This document shows positions 20,175 to 30,013 of a stretch of 64,000 nucleotides of DNA, piece after piece (position 1 is the stretch's first letter; every line of letters begins with the position of its first letter). Position numbers and translations under genes: made by a program. Below the pieces are notes generated by a model. That model did not search any database and was not told the DNA's origin. It saw only the letters and a program-made list of their open reading frames with translations. The DNA is from a virus. The stretch spans positions 1-64,000 of IMG/VR virus record IMGVR_UViG_3300025727_000008; one strand, written 5' to 3'.

Positions 20175-22760
20175 CTAATCGCTATTTTTATTAGGAAATT
20201 TTAAATTACTATATTTATCCTCATTAATATTCCATATATTAACATCATCTTCATCCTTTAACATTGATTGTTTCTTACCTGTCCAAGCAATCCATGTTTT
20301 CTTTTCATTTATTGGAACAACTCTTAGATGTAGTCTAGTTTCAAACTTATCTCCTTCTAATTTATATTCATGATAACCGTCTTTTTGAACACCTAATGTT
20401 ACTATCCCCTTATCTATAATTTTACCTTCATTTATATTAGTTGCAACAATAGCAGGATATTTATTAGATTTACCAAATAAATTATAAATATCATCAGTAT
20501 CTTCAATATCTATTAACCATGCTAATCTTTTATTTTTATAATTAATTACAAAATTAATATTACCATCTTCTTGAAGAGAAATATTAAATTTTCCTTGTTT
20601 AGAATCTTCCTTATAGATTATATTTTCATCCACATCTTTTTCTAAAATTTCTTCATTAGAAAAGAATTTATTAGGATGTTTGTAAATGAATGAATCTTGT
20701 TTTTTCATCCAAGACATTAATTTAGATTCTACTGATTTAAATAAACTTTGGAATAAATCAGGGTATTCTTTCTTTACAAATAAAACTATTTTTTCAAATT
20801 CTAATTCATCATTTCCGCTATTTAATATTTCATTTCTTATAGATATTCTTAACTCAGAACGCTTACTTTTTATTAATTGATTTAATTCTTCTTTCCACAA
20901 ATCAATATTATGTAAAGCGTTTTTCTCCATTAAATTATCTCCTTCAAATCCATATAAAGTATAGCCTTCTAAATTTTCTTTTAATATAATTTCAGCAGTT
21001 CCATGTATATCGTCTGTAATATAATATCCCTTTTTTAGTTTTTTAGGTTTTACTAAATCAGACTCTAAACCACTCATAACTCTAAATGGTTTAGGAACAA
21101 CTCCTGAAACTAAACCGCGTATAGCAGATAATGATTTTTTACTTTTAGATGCTAATTTTTCTAATGTTGCGATATTATCAGATTGAGTAACTTCAGGAAC
21201 TTCTATCACTTTAGCGGAATACAAACTAAAACCATTTTTATTTTTAGTAACTTCATCAACTTTAACTCTAACAATACTACCAACATCTACATTGATTTTA
21301 GTGTTTAAAGCCTTACCAACTTCTAAATAATCCTTCCCTTCAAATTCAACAGTTGCATAATTTCTAGCAACTTCTGCTGTAACTGCACCTATACCCATTG
21401 TATAAGAATGTAAATTGCTTTTAGTTTTTCTATCTTTTAGAACTATCACATCTAAGTCAACAAATTTTTTCCATTTAATCCATTTTGGATTTTTTCTATT
21501 TCCAATATAATAGGTAGATTCTATATCTTTAATAACTACTCCTTCAGAAGCAGGTAATTTCATAATATCTTTAGAATACTCTTCTACTTCTTTCTTAGAA
21601 TCTGCAATACGAGTATCTTTTTTAGAAGGAAATGCTAAATTTTCAGAAGAGTGTTGAGCATATTGATATAATAAAATATTAATTCTTTCTCTTAAAGGTT
21701 CTTCTGTTATTTCTTTTCCTTCATGTATCATAATATCAAAAACATGAGCCTTTAGTGTACCTTCAGTTTTTTTATGGAAAACATGAGTAATAGTGTCTGC
21801 TCGTTGTAATGGCTCATCATCTAAGAATAACATTAATTCTGCATCTAAGATACAATCACCAAACTGTTTCTTTTCCATATGTTTAACTTGTTCAGGGCAT
21901 TTTAAAGTAATATCTTTTTGATTAAAAGAATAAATTTTAACTTTATTATCAAACTTATGAATTTGTATTCTCATTCCATCATATTTTTCTTGAACTACAA
22001 ATTCACCTGTTAAACCTTTAATATCATCTAAATCATCTATTTCAAATATCCTATACATTGGTTTATTTGGTTGAATAAAATCTATTCCTGCTTTTGTTAT
22101 ATCTAATTCTAATAATGAATCCCATTGTTCTTCATTATATTTTTCTAAATATATTTTTTCTAATTGTTTAAATGCGTGTTTACATTTAGATTCTATTCTT
22201 CTAGTATCGTCATTTTCATCACCATAATGTTCAATAATATAAATAGGAACATCTTTAGGTTCTAAATCCAAACCCATATATCCTTGAGTAATATTATCAG
22301 GTTGTAAATTATGTGCATTCCAAGATTTATCAGGAATAGGATTAGTATGAGAACGCACTGCATAATGAATAAATGCTAATAACATAGATTCATTTTTCAT
22401 AAATTCTTTGATTACATCATCACCTAATTGTTTTGAAAATGGGTCGCTTACTTTATCAGATTTGAACCTAAGACTTTTAACACCTTCATAAATTTCTTTT
22501 GCTTGTCTAGATTCAGGGTCATATGCTTCTTCTGAAAAAACTATATCTTCTTTCAAATATTTTTTTAATTCTCTAGTAAAATCATCTAAAGAATCAAACT
22601 GATTTCTAACTTCCTTTACTGTTTTTCGCCACTTCTTGTTATAATCAGAAGGGTTTTCTTTAGCAGATAAATAAGAATATCTGACTCTTTCAAAAAAATC
22701 CAATACTCGTTTAGTTAAAGTATCTTTTTCCTTTTCAAAAATAACCCCTGTTTGCGGCAT
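20175..22760 (-). CDS. ATP-dependent DNA ligase with N- and C-terminal extensions (head module)
   Basis: QEKYDG (motif I), ILDAE, VFDI, EGVVIK, WIKWKK; C-terminus DKG..LG..YHEYKLEGDKF resembles LigD phosphoesterase-type fold. Confidence 0.85.
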   Translation of the reverse strand: MPQTGVIFEKEKDTLTKRVLDFFERVRYSYLSAKENPSDYNKKWRKTVKEVRNQFDSLDDFTRELKKYLKEDIVFSEEAYDPESRQAKEIYEGVKSLRFKSDKVSDPFSKQLGDDVIKEFMKNESMLLAFIHYAVRSHTNPIPDKSWNAHNLQPDNITQGYMGLDLEPKDVPIYIIEHYGDENDDTRRIESKCKHAFKQLEKIYLEKYNEEQWDSLLELDITKAGIDFIQPNKPMYRIFEIDDLDDIKGLTGEFVVQEKYDGMRIQIHKFDNKVKIYSFNQKDITLKCPEQVKHMEKKQFGDCILDAELMLFLDDEPLQRADTITHVFHKKTEGTLKAHVFDIMIHEGKEITEEPLRERINILLYQYAQHSSENLAFPSKKDTRIADSKKEVEEYSKDIMKLPASEGVVIKDIESTYYIGNRKNPKWIKWKKFVDLDVIVLKDRKTKSNLHSYTMGIGAVTAEVARNYATVEFEGKDYLEVGKALNTKINVDVGSIVRVKVDEVTKNKNGFSLYSAKVIEVPEVTQSDNIATLEKLASKSKKSLSAIRGLVSGVVPKPFRVMSGLESDLVKPKKLKKGYYITDDIHGTAEIILKENLEGYTLYGFEGDNLMEKNALHNIDLWKEELNQLIKSKRSELRISIRNEILNSGNDELEFEKIVLFVKKEYPDLFQSLFKSVESKLMSWMKKQDSFIYKHPNKFFSNEEILEKDVDENIIYKEDSKQGKFNISLQEDGNINFVINYKNKRLAWLIDIEDTDDIYNLFGKSNKYPAIVATNINEGKIIDKGIVTLGVQKDGYHEYKLEGDKFETRLHLRVVPINEKKTWIAWTGKKQSMLKDEDDVNIWNINEDKYSNLKFPNKNSD

Positions 22761-22770
22761 AATACCTCAC

Positions 22771-22987
22771 TCAGTTAGATTTATTTTCTTTTCCTTCAAT
22801 ATTACTAGTTTGAGGCAATTTAACTTCTTTAGGATTTTCTTTAGGTTTCTCTACCTTAACTTCTTCACCTGTTAATGGTTCTTTAAGTTCTAAAGTTCCT
22901 AAATGTTTAGCCTCTTGAATTACTTCTTTGGCTTTTGCAATCGCTAGTTCTAATATTTTTTCTTCTCTTGTTACTTTTTCCGGCATT
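22771..22987 (-). CDS. Small charged hypothetical protein
   Basis: Likely start MPEKVTREE after GGGGTGA SD. Confidence 0.55.
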
Positions 22988-22991
22988 TTAT

Positions 22992-23231
22992 TCACCCCAT
23001 TGTATTTACTAATTCGTGTATATCTTCCCATTCCATACTCTTTTTTATTGGGCTGCCACTCATAGGAATATTTGTACTGTCCATCATTGGTGAAGGAGAA
23101 TCTACCACTACTAATCCTGATTTCATAAGTAAGTTATCTTTATGATAAACTGCTTCTTCAAGATGTTTCACTTTACTTACTAATTCTTTTAATAATAATA
23201 ACATTTCATTTTCTTCACTCATAAAAACCAT
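22992..23231 (-). CDS. Small scaffold-like protein
   Basis: Coiled coil; C-terminus SMEWEDIHELV resembles scaffold C-terminus SMTWDDVHNLV. Confidence 0.55.
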   Translation of the reverse strand: MVFMSEENEMLLLLKELVSKVKHLEEAVYHKDNLLMKSGLVVVDSPSPMMDSTNIPMSGSPIKKSMEWEDIHELVNTMG

Positions 23232-23294
23232 TCCTTCGATATGCTGCCACTAGTTCTTCTGTTATTAATCTTTTAAGTTCTCTTTTCATATTCA

Positions 23295-23603
23295 TTATTT
23301 ACCATCTCTCGGTTTATATATTTTAGTTCCTATATATTTCGGTTCAGGTAATGTAGGACTTAAAGGATGTTCAGTATTCATTAAACAACTCCCATTATCA
23401 CTAATAGTTACTTCAGGTAAAGAACATTTTAAGTTTTTATTATGACCACATTTGGTAGCCTCACATTTTCTTACTTTACAATCTGATGCAGTAGGTATAA
23501 ACGCAGTTCCTTTTGGTATATATTTTGTTCCGCCACCTGCAATATCACTAATTCTAGAAGCCATTTCTGCATCTTCATTCTTAACTATATCTTTCCAACT
23601 CAT
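23295..23603 (-). CDS. WxxILK-tagged Cys-rich protein
   Basis: MSWKDIVK; C-x4-C-x4-C-x7-C...C cluster. Confidence 0.65.
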   Translation of the reverse strand: MSWKDIVKNEDAEMASRISDIAGGGTKYIPKGTAFIPTASDCKVRKCEATKCGHNKNLKCSLPEVTISDNGSCLMNTEHPLSPTLPEPKYIGTKIYKPRDGK

Positions 23604-23615
23604 TTAATCATCTCC

Positions 23616-24092
23616 TTAATATTCTGCACCATATTGGTTATCTACTTTAACAGGCAGCATTAGTCCATCACCCATTGGTTCTCCCCACATTTCATCATCC
23701 TTTAGTTTGTAATCTATATATGCTGGATGAACTTCACCCATTCCACCTGAAGGAGTTTGTCGCATATTGGTATCTTTCTTACTATTCGTTTCTTCCTTAT
23801 ATTCATCAGATGTATCTACTAAGCCTTGAATTAAGTGAAGCAAAGCACTATTGTAGGATTCTTTAGCATGTTCTAACCTGTTAAATTTCTCATCAATATA
23901 TTTAAAATCTTCTTCTGATAACTTTCCGTCTAATTTTGGAAATCGCTCATATGCTAAATGCTCAAAATCACCCCAATCTAATTTGGAAAAAGGCTCTATT
24001 TCCAAACTTTCTAATTCGTCTGCTATATCTTCTAATTCTTCCGCAATGCTACCTTTATCATTTATCTTTACTATATCTTTCCACCAACTCAT
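23616..24092 (-). CDS. WxxILK-tagged acidic hypothetical protein
   Basis: MSWWKDIVK; GGTGA SD. Confidence 0.65.
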   Translation of the reverse strand: MSWWKDIVKINDKGSIAEELEDIADELESLEIEPFSKLDWGDFEHLAYERFPKLDGKLSEEDFKYIDEKFNRLEHAKESYNSALLHLIQGLVDTSDEYKEETNSKKDTNMRQTPSGGMGEVHPAYIDYKLKDDEMWGEPMGDGLMLPVKVDNQYGAEY

Positions 24093-24124
24093 TTAATCAC
24101 CTTAATTTTGTCGTATCTGCAAAT

Positions 24125-24397
24125 TCAGGTGATTCTGCTGTACCACTCAATTTTCTCCTTTATTAGTATATCTTTTATTGTCTCGGCTTCCTTATCCCAT
24201 TCAACATCTTCAGGATTTGTGTCGCCTTTTGCCAAATCCTCAAACAACCTTTGAATATATTTTAAACTTCCTAGTAAATTATTTACCCGCCCTCCAAGTT
24301 CACGAATTACGGCACTATCAGTTCCCTGTCGTAGGGTTTTATTATTAGGATTTCTCTTATCTGCGTCTTCTTTCTTTATTTCATCTTTCCAAGTCAT
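24125..24397 (-). CDS. WxxILK-tagged hypothetical protein
   Basis: MTWKDEIKK. Confidence 0.6.
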   Translation of the reverse strand: MTWKDEIKKEDADKRNPNNKTLRQGTDSAVIRELGGRVNNLLGSLKYIQRLFEDLAKGDTNPEDVEWDKEAETIKDILIKEKIEWYSRIT

Positions 24398-24720
24398 TCT
24401 AAATCCCCCTTACTCTTAGGATAAACCATATCTCTTAATTGACGATATAGTGTTTCATAATCTTTTCTAAGTTCTGCTGCTGATGATACTATTTCTAAAT
24501 TCCTTTCATCAAAGCCCTCAAACTTTTTTTGTAATTTTTTATCAGATTTAACTAAATCTAATTTACGCATTTCATCTAATAAATCAGATAAATGAGTCAT
24601 CTCTTGACCCATATATTCAGTAGGTTGGGTTTTCTGTAAAAGTTTCTTAAGTTTCTTTTTTTGTTTAGGTTCAACTTTTTCTAAAATTGAAGTAGATTTA
24701 AGTATATTTTTCCAACTCAT
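24394..24720 (-). CDS. WxxILK-tagged hypothetical protein
   Basis: MSWKNILKS. Confidence 0.65.
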   Translation of the reverse strand: MSWKNILKSTSILEKVEPKQKKKLKKLLQKTQPTEYMGQEMTHLSDLLDEMRKLDLVKSDKKLQKKFEGFDERNLEIVSSAAELRKDYETLYRQLRDMVYPKSKGDLE

Positions 24721-24757
24721 ATCTTACCCTTATCCATTCGCTTGTATGTATAGTTTA

Positions 24758-26746
24758 TCAATTTATGTTTTTAAGTTTAGAAATAATTAATTTTTCTAAC
24801 CCGTTATTTTTCATAGATGTTACATATTCATTATAAATATCATCTAATTGCTTTTCAGTAGGGTTTGTTAATTTACTTTGTTTTTCTTTTAGTGTTTTTA
24901 TAAATTCCATATGTTGTATCTGCGCTGGTCTATTTAATTTTAAATCTCTAAGTGTATCAAACCATGAATCAGCCTCATCTTTCAAACTATCTATATTATC
25001 TCCTGTTTGGCTAGCATTTACATCTTTAATTTTCCTCTTCATGCGATGTGTTTCTTCTTTAGTATTATCAGGTAAATCTCCAAACCCTTCACCTAAAGCA
25101 CCAGTACCATTAAATAAATTACTTAATTTTGTTAATTTCTTAACATATTTCTTTTTAAGTTCCTTAATTTTATTTATGTTAGATTTGTTTTCCCGTTCTG
25201 TTATAGATGCGTCAACACGTTCTGTTAATTGTTCTATAGTTAATTTTTCACCTTTTTTACTATTTAAAGTAGTATCAAGCATATCTAAAATTTCTGTTTC
25301 TATTTCAATTATTTCTATATTTAACTTCTCTAGAAGAATATATTTTCCTTTAATTTTCAATGCAGATAAAATACCATTAAGTGCTTTTGATATTTTTTTC
25401 CTTTTACTAACTAATTCTTTAAAATTATCAATAATGGCTAAAGGCTCATTAGGTTTTGAATAACTAATACTATCTTTGAAATCTTCAGTCATTTCATATC
25501 CATCATCATTAATATCTTTTACCCATTGTCGTTTTTGAGGTTTAACTTCTTTAGAGAGTTCGTATAGTTCTTTTATTGATACTCCGTCTAATGGAATGTC
25601 TGCATCTATTAGTGTTATTTCGTTTGATTTATCATTTAAATCTTTTATTGATTCATTTAAATCATCAATTCTAGATTGTTTCATAGGATTTTTAATTTCT
25701 ACCATACAACTAATTATGAGTCTTAATATTTTTAAATTAGATTCAATTTCTAACATAAATTCTTTAAAATCAGGTTTATCCTTTTCAATATCAATACCAT
25801 TATCACCTATTTCATCTTCTAATATTATTATTTTTTTTATTATTTCATATCCAATTAAATCATTATTTTTTTTAAAAAGAAGTGGTAAATGTTCATCTGC
25901 CTCTTTTATTAATTCAATATTATTTGATTCTATAGGTTCAATAAATTCTTCTATAAATTTAATAGTACTTTCATAATCCATATCAAAATATTCAGTTAAC
26001 AATTCTGTTGATTTATCACTTATATATTGATTATCAAATGTAATATCTAATTTATCAAATATAGCATATAATATTTTTTTGGATTTTATAAATCCGAAGT
26101 CTGTTATAATTTTAGAATATCTTTTAGGTATTTTTTCATTATTATTTAAATAACCATTTAATGATTCAGCAAGGCGTTTAATTAATTCATTTTCACTGTT
26201 AGTAGTAGTCTTTCCTGTATTTAATATTTTTTTAAACATTTCAAGGTCTTTATCTGATTTGTGTTTTTTAGGAATACCATAAATCTCTTTTAATCTAAAA
26301 ATTAATCCACTTTTACGCTTTTTCTCTTCTAATAATAAGTTATATGCTTCAGGATATTTATCTTTAGTTATATTTTTTTCAACATCATCTATTGCATTTT
26401 TAAGAATATTTAAAACTTTAAAATCATCTATTTTCCTTGTTCCTGTATCGTCTTTAGGAGTAGTAGTTTGTGTTTTTTCACCCTCTTCAAGTCGTTCCGT
26501 GTCTGTAAATGTTTTATGATGTATATATGTCCACTCACTATTATTAATATCATCCAAATTAAAAATATCTAATTGAGGAACACCATCTAATTGATTATAT
26601 TTATTTTTTACGTCTTTCATATCCCTAATTAAAGTCTTACTTTCCTTTAAATCCATCTCCCTATATTTACGCAAAATTTTTATTATGATTTCCGATAATG
26701 GTTTAAGTTTACGTTCTTTATTTTTTAAAATATCCATAAACGACAT
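24758..26746 (-). CDS. Large coiled-coil hypothetical protein with tag variant
   Basis: MSFMDILK; 662 aa, K/I/E-rich. Confidence 0.65.
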   Translation of the reverse strand: MSFMDILKNKERKLKPLSEIIIKILRKYREMDLKESKTLIRDMKDVKNKYNQLDGVPQLDIFNLDDINNSEWTYIHHKTFTDTERLEEGEKTQTTTPKDDTGTRKIDDFKVLNILKNAIDDVEKNITKDKYPEAYNLLLEEKKRKSGLIFRLKEIYGIPKKHKSDKDLEMFKKILNTGKTTTNSENELIKRLAESLNGYLNNNEKIPKRYSKIITDFGFIKSKKILYAIFDKLDITFDNQYISDKSTELLTEYFDMDYESTIKFIEEFIEPIESNNIELIKEADEHLPLLFKKNNDLIGYEIIKKIIILEDEIGDNGIDIEKDKPDFKEFMLEIESNLKILRLIISCMVEIKNPMKQSRIDDLNESIKDLNDKSNEITLIDADIPLDGVSIKELYELSKEVKPQKRQWVKDINDDGYEMTEDFKDSISYSKPNEPLAIIDNFKELVSKRKKISKALNGILSALKIKGKYILLEKLNIEIIEIETEILDMLDTTLNSKKGEKLTIEQLTERVDASITERENKSNINKIKELKKKYVKKLTKLSNLFNGTGALGEGFGDLPDNTKEETHRMKRKIKDVNASQTGDNIDSLKDEADSWFDTLRDLKLNRPAQIQHMEFIKTLKEKQSKLTNPTEKQLDDIYNEYVTSMKNNGLEKLIISKLKNIN

Positions 26747-26761
26747 TACTATTACCTCTGC

Positions 26762-26992
26762 TTAAAATGGGATATTTTCACTACGCATATTTTTTCTTTT
26801 AGGAGTTATCATAACATCAGGTATGTTACTAGGGGCATCATCTGTTTTATTTTTTAATGTTGTAGATGGGTCTACACCAACTACCGCATAATCCTTACTA
26901 ACAGTAACATTACTTCTCTGTTCCGAACCTTCCTTAATTCTTGCTTGCTTCAATTCTCTTTCTAATTGTCTTACACTTTTTTCTTCACTCAT
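26762..26992 (-). CDS. Small hypothetical protein
   Basis: Coupled to portal stop. Confidence 0.55.
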   Translation of the reverse strand: MSEEKSVRQLERELKQARIKEGSEQRSNVTVSKDYAVVGVDPSTTLKNKTDDAPSNIPDVMITPKRKNMRSENIPF

Positions 26993-26993
26993 T

Positions 26994-28664
26994 TTATCCT
27001 ACTCTCCTTTCTGTTCTTTTATCATTATTTTGATTACCAGCATCTTTAGGTAATCCTGTAAATCTTTTATCAGGGGCAACATTCATTCTAGGTTTGTTTC
27101 TCTTTTTAGGGGGTTCTGATTTTGCTTTTTCTGGAACACCCGCTTCTGCCAAACTAGGTTTATTACCCGCTTCCATCATTTGCCCTAATTGGCTTGCATC
27201 AACATCAGTTCCAGCATAAGGGTCAGGTTTGAAATCATCACCATCTGTTTGGGTTTTACCTTGTTCATCTCCTTCTACTGGTTCGGGTTTAGTATAAATA
27301 AATCCACCTTCATCATCCATTTCTACATCAAACCCTAAATTCTTTATTGAACCTGCAATATTAACTTCCATTTCTCTTAATCGAAGAACAGCAATTTCAT
27401 CTTCTTCTTCAGAAGGTGGTAATTTTAATTCCCAATCAGTAATGCCAAATTCACTAGTCATAAAAGGAAATACATAATTATTCCAAGTTGTTTGTGCCAT
27501 CTCTACTGCGCGATTAGTAACAAGAATTTGCATACCTTCGTTATTTAACCCACCACTAGCAGAAGCATCATTCATAAACACTTTACTAACTCCATAGAAC
27601 CCTGATATTCTATCTCTCAAATCATCTTTAACTGCAATATAATCCATTTCCTTAAGGCTGTCCATAAATCTAACCCATTCAACAGAACCCTTACCACCTT
27701 CAGATTCTATTCCCATTACAGGTATGAAGTGTGGGTCTTGTTCCATCTTCTCTTTAACGCCACGCCAAAAAGATTTCATTGAATCCATATTTCTAGTTTG
27801 AACAGCCAACAATCCCTTCGGCATTCTTGCCTTAGTATATGATGAATTTACATAATTATCCATTGCTATTAAGGTTGTAACATTATTCCATAATGTTATT
27901 ATTGGCGACATACCATATAATCTAGAAGGAGAATATTTACTAAAATGTACTACTTCACCTTTAATGAAATACTGTTCCTCTCCATTTACTCTATTAACAT
28001 AATGAACAGGATATAATTCAGATGCACAAGTTTCACATAACTCAGTTTGATGACTATGTACTCTATCTCTATGTCTTAAACAAATAAATCCACCTTTACC
28101 TCTTTCCCCTAATTCATTAGAATAAATATGCATAGTAACAGGGTCGCCTCTAAATATTTCTTTAATTTTATGCATTCTAATTTTTGAATTATTATCTAAA
28201 TAATATTCTTTAACATTAACTAAATATGCATCATCCATAATATTCAAATCATCTTCTAATTCTTTTAATACATCAATAAATAATTGTTCTGCACCATTAA
28301 CATAACCATCTAAAAAATCTTTAGCATAACTTAATTGTTTAGGTTCAGGTTTAACTAAATTGGTAGAACCGCAATCAACACATTCCTTTACAGGAGTAGA
28401 ATGTTCTTTATCACATTCTGCACACTTTTCTGTAAATTTTCCTTCCCATATATATCCCCGTCTAAATATTTCTTGTTTCAATTGAGTTATACAAGTTCGT
28501 ACTATTGTTGATTGTTGAACTATATGATAAATTATAGGACTAGTTAACATATAGGAATTATCTCTTTCTTGTATTCCTAAATTAAACACCGTTCTATCTG
28601 CGGGTTTAGGTGTAGTATTTCTAAACAAGTTAGTAAATGAAAACTTTCTTTTTTCTTCAACCAT
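26994..28664 (-). CDS. Portal protein with Zn-ribbon insertions
   Basis: YGMSPI, MPKGLL, RISGFYGVS portal motifs; downstream of TerL; CAEC..CVDC and CLRH..CETC inserts. Confidence 0.9.
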   Translation of the reverse strand: MVEEKRKFSFTNLFRNTTPKPADRTVFNLGIQERDNSYMLTSPIIYHIVQQSTIVRTCITQLKQEIFRRGYIWEGKFTEKCAECDKEHSTPVKECVDCGSTNLVKPEPKQLSYAKDFLDGYVNGAEQLFIDVLKELEDDLNIMDDAYLVNVKEYYLDNNSKIRMHKIKEIFRGDPVTMHIYSNELGERGKGGFICLRHRDRVHSHQTELCETCASELYPVHYVNRVNGEEQYFIKGEVVHFSKYSPSRLYGMSPIITLWNNVTTLIAMDNYVNSSYTKARMPKGLLAVQTRNMDSMKSFWRGVKEKMEQDPHFIPVMGIESEGGKGSVEWVRFMDSLKEMDYIAVKDDLRDRISGFYGVSKVFMNDASASGGLNNEGMQILVTNRAVEMAQTTWNNYVFPFMTSEFGITDWELKLPPSEEEDEIAVLRLREMEVNIAGSIKNLGFDVEMDDEGGFIYTKPEPVEGDEQGKTQTDGDDFKPDPYAGTDVDASQLGQMMEAGNKPSLAEAGVPEKAKSEPPKKRNKPRMNVAPDKRFTGLPKDAGNQNNDKRTERRVG

Positions 28665-30001
28665 TAAGCAACAACTCCTTCTAATCTATCCATTTCAAAC
28701 ATCTTACATTTATCATGTAATTTCGCTACCGTAGTAATATCTACCCCATCTTTAGAAAAATCATATCCTACATGGTCTTTATGATTCTCATATTTCATTA
28801 ATTGAAATAATTCTGTCTTTCTATTATTATACCAATCTTCTTTTTTATGTGATTTTTTCATTCGTATTAACTCCAATAAAATATCAGCATTAGACCCCTT
28901 CATTTTGAAGTGCGGTCTACACTTAGTTAGTATTTCAGTCACATCTGCTGCCGAATAAAAATTTAATCTATTAACTGGTCTAGTATCTTGTGGTGATTTT
29001 TGGTCTAAATGTAATCTCCCACATCCTAATGATTTATGCATTTCTAACATGAAAGCCTTACCTCTTTCACCTGTTGCAACTAATCCTACTCTTGGATTGA
29101 ATTTTTTATCCATTGTTATGTAGCCATCAGAATCTATGAAAGCCGCAGTATATGCATAAATATCCTTTTTAATATCATCACTAATTTTATACAAAGCACC
29201 GTTTACATTTGTAACATTACAAGATACTGCCATCTTTGAAATTATACTTGGAGTAGTTTTATTGAATAACGATTTAGGTAATCGTTCATGTATTTGTCTT
29301 GCTGAAATACCAGCATCCTCACTAACAAGTTTAACTATGTTTTGCTTTATAATTTCTTTATCAAATCCCTTGTTAATAGATTTCATATGTTTCTTTATTA
29401 AATGTTTAAATTTTCTTTTGGTTGAAGTCATTTCCTTAGATAAATCACAATATTCTTGATTATATTTCATATCTTTTAGTTCTAATTTTGCTTCCCAATA
29501 TTTACATAATGTATCTACTAATTCTCTTCTAGTAGATTCATCTTGAACATATGATAATTTAATTAAATGTTCTTCACTGCAAGTCATATCTTTAACTACG
29601 GGTTTATATTTACTTATCCAATAAATATCATCTATACTTTTATCTAAATGATTAGAATAACCATCAATTAAATTATCTATTGAATTTGATATTTTTATTT
29701 TATTATCCCCCTTTAAAGTTCTACGATATTTACGCATTTGTTTTATTAATTTAGGTATATCATTTCCTTCAACTTCATATTTTTTTAATTTATAATTCAA
29801 ATGTTTTTTAGCATCTGTTAATGATAATTTAAATTCTTTAGCAAAGATTTTCTCAAGTTGTGTATGGTCTGATAAATTAGAATCAACTAACCAACTTCTT
29901 TTTAACTCATCAGTTATTCTTTTTTGTTCATCTTTAAGACGTTCTTCTTCATCAGCAAGTTCAGCCATTTCTCTCAAGTTTTCGCCTTTTTCACTAACCA
30001 T
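28664..30001 (-). CDS. Protein with helical N-region, HTH-like segment and C-terminal LAGLIDADG domain
   Basis: YTAAFIDSDGYI; LGCGRL; EILTKCRPHFKMK. Confidence 0.75.
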   Translation of the reverse strand: MVSEKGENLREMAELADEEERLKDEQKRITDELKRSWLVDSNLSDHTQLEKIFAKEFKLSLTDAKKHLNYKLKKYEVEGNDIPKLIKQMRKYRRTLKGDNKIKISNSIDNLIDGYSNHLDKSIDDIYWISKYKPVVKDMTCSEEHLIKLSYVQDESTRRELVDTLCKYWEAKLELKDMKYNQEYCDLSKEMTSTKRKFKHLIKKHMKSINKGFDKEIIKQNIVKLVSEDAGISARQIHERLPKSLFNKTTPSIISKMAVSCNVTNVNGALYKISDDIKKDIYAYTAAFIDSDGYITMDKKFNPRVGLVATGERGKAFMLEMHKSLGCGRLHLDQKSPQDTRPVNRLNFYSAADVTEILTKCRPHFKMKGSNADILLELIRMKKSHKKEDWYNNRKTELFQLMKYENHKDHVGYDFSKDGVDITTVAKLHDKCKMFEMDRLEGVVA

Positions 30002-30013
30002 TATATCACCGCC

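Noticed and set aside
26762-26992. SSB-like C-terminal tail (ENIPF)
   Set aside because: No OB-fold-sized domain or acidic tract; too short a match.
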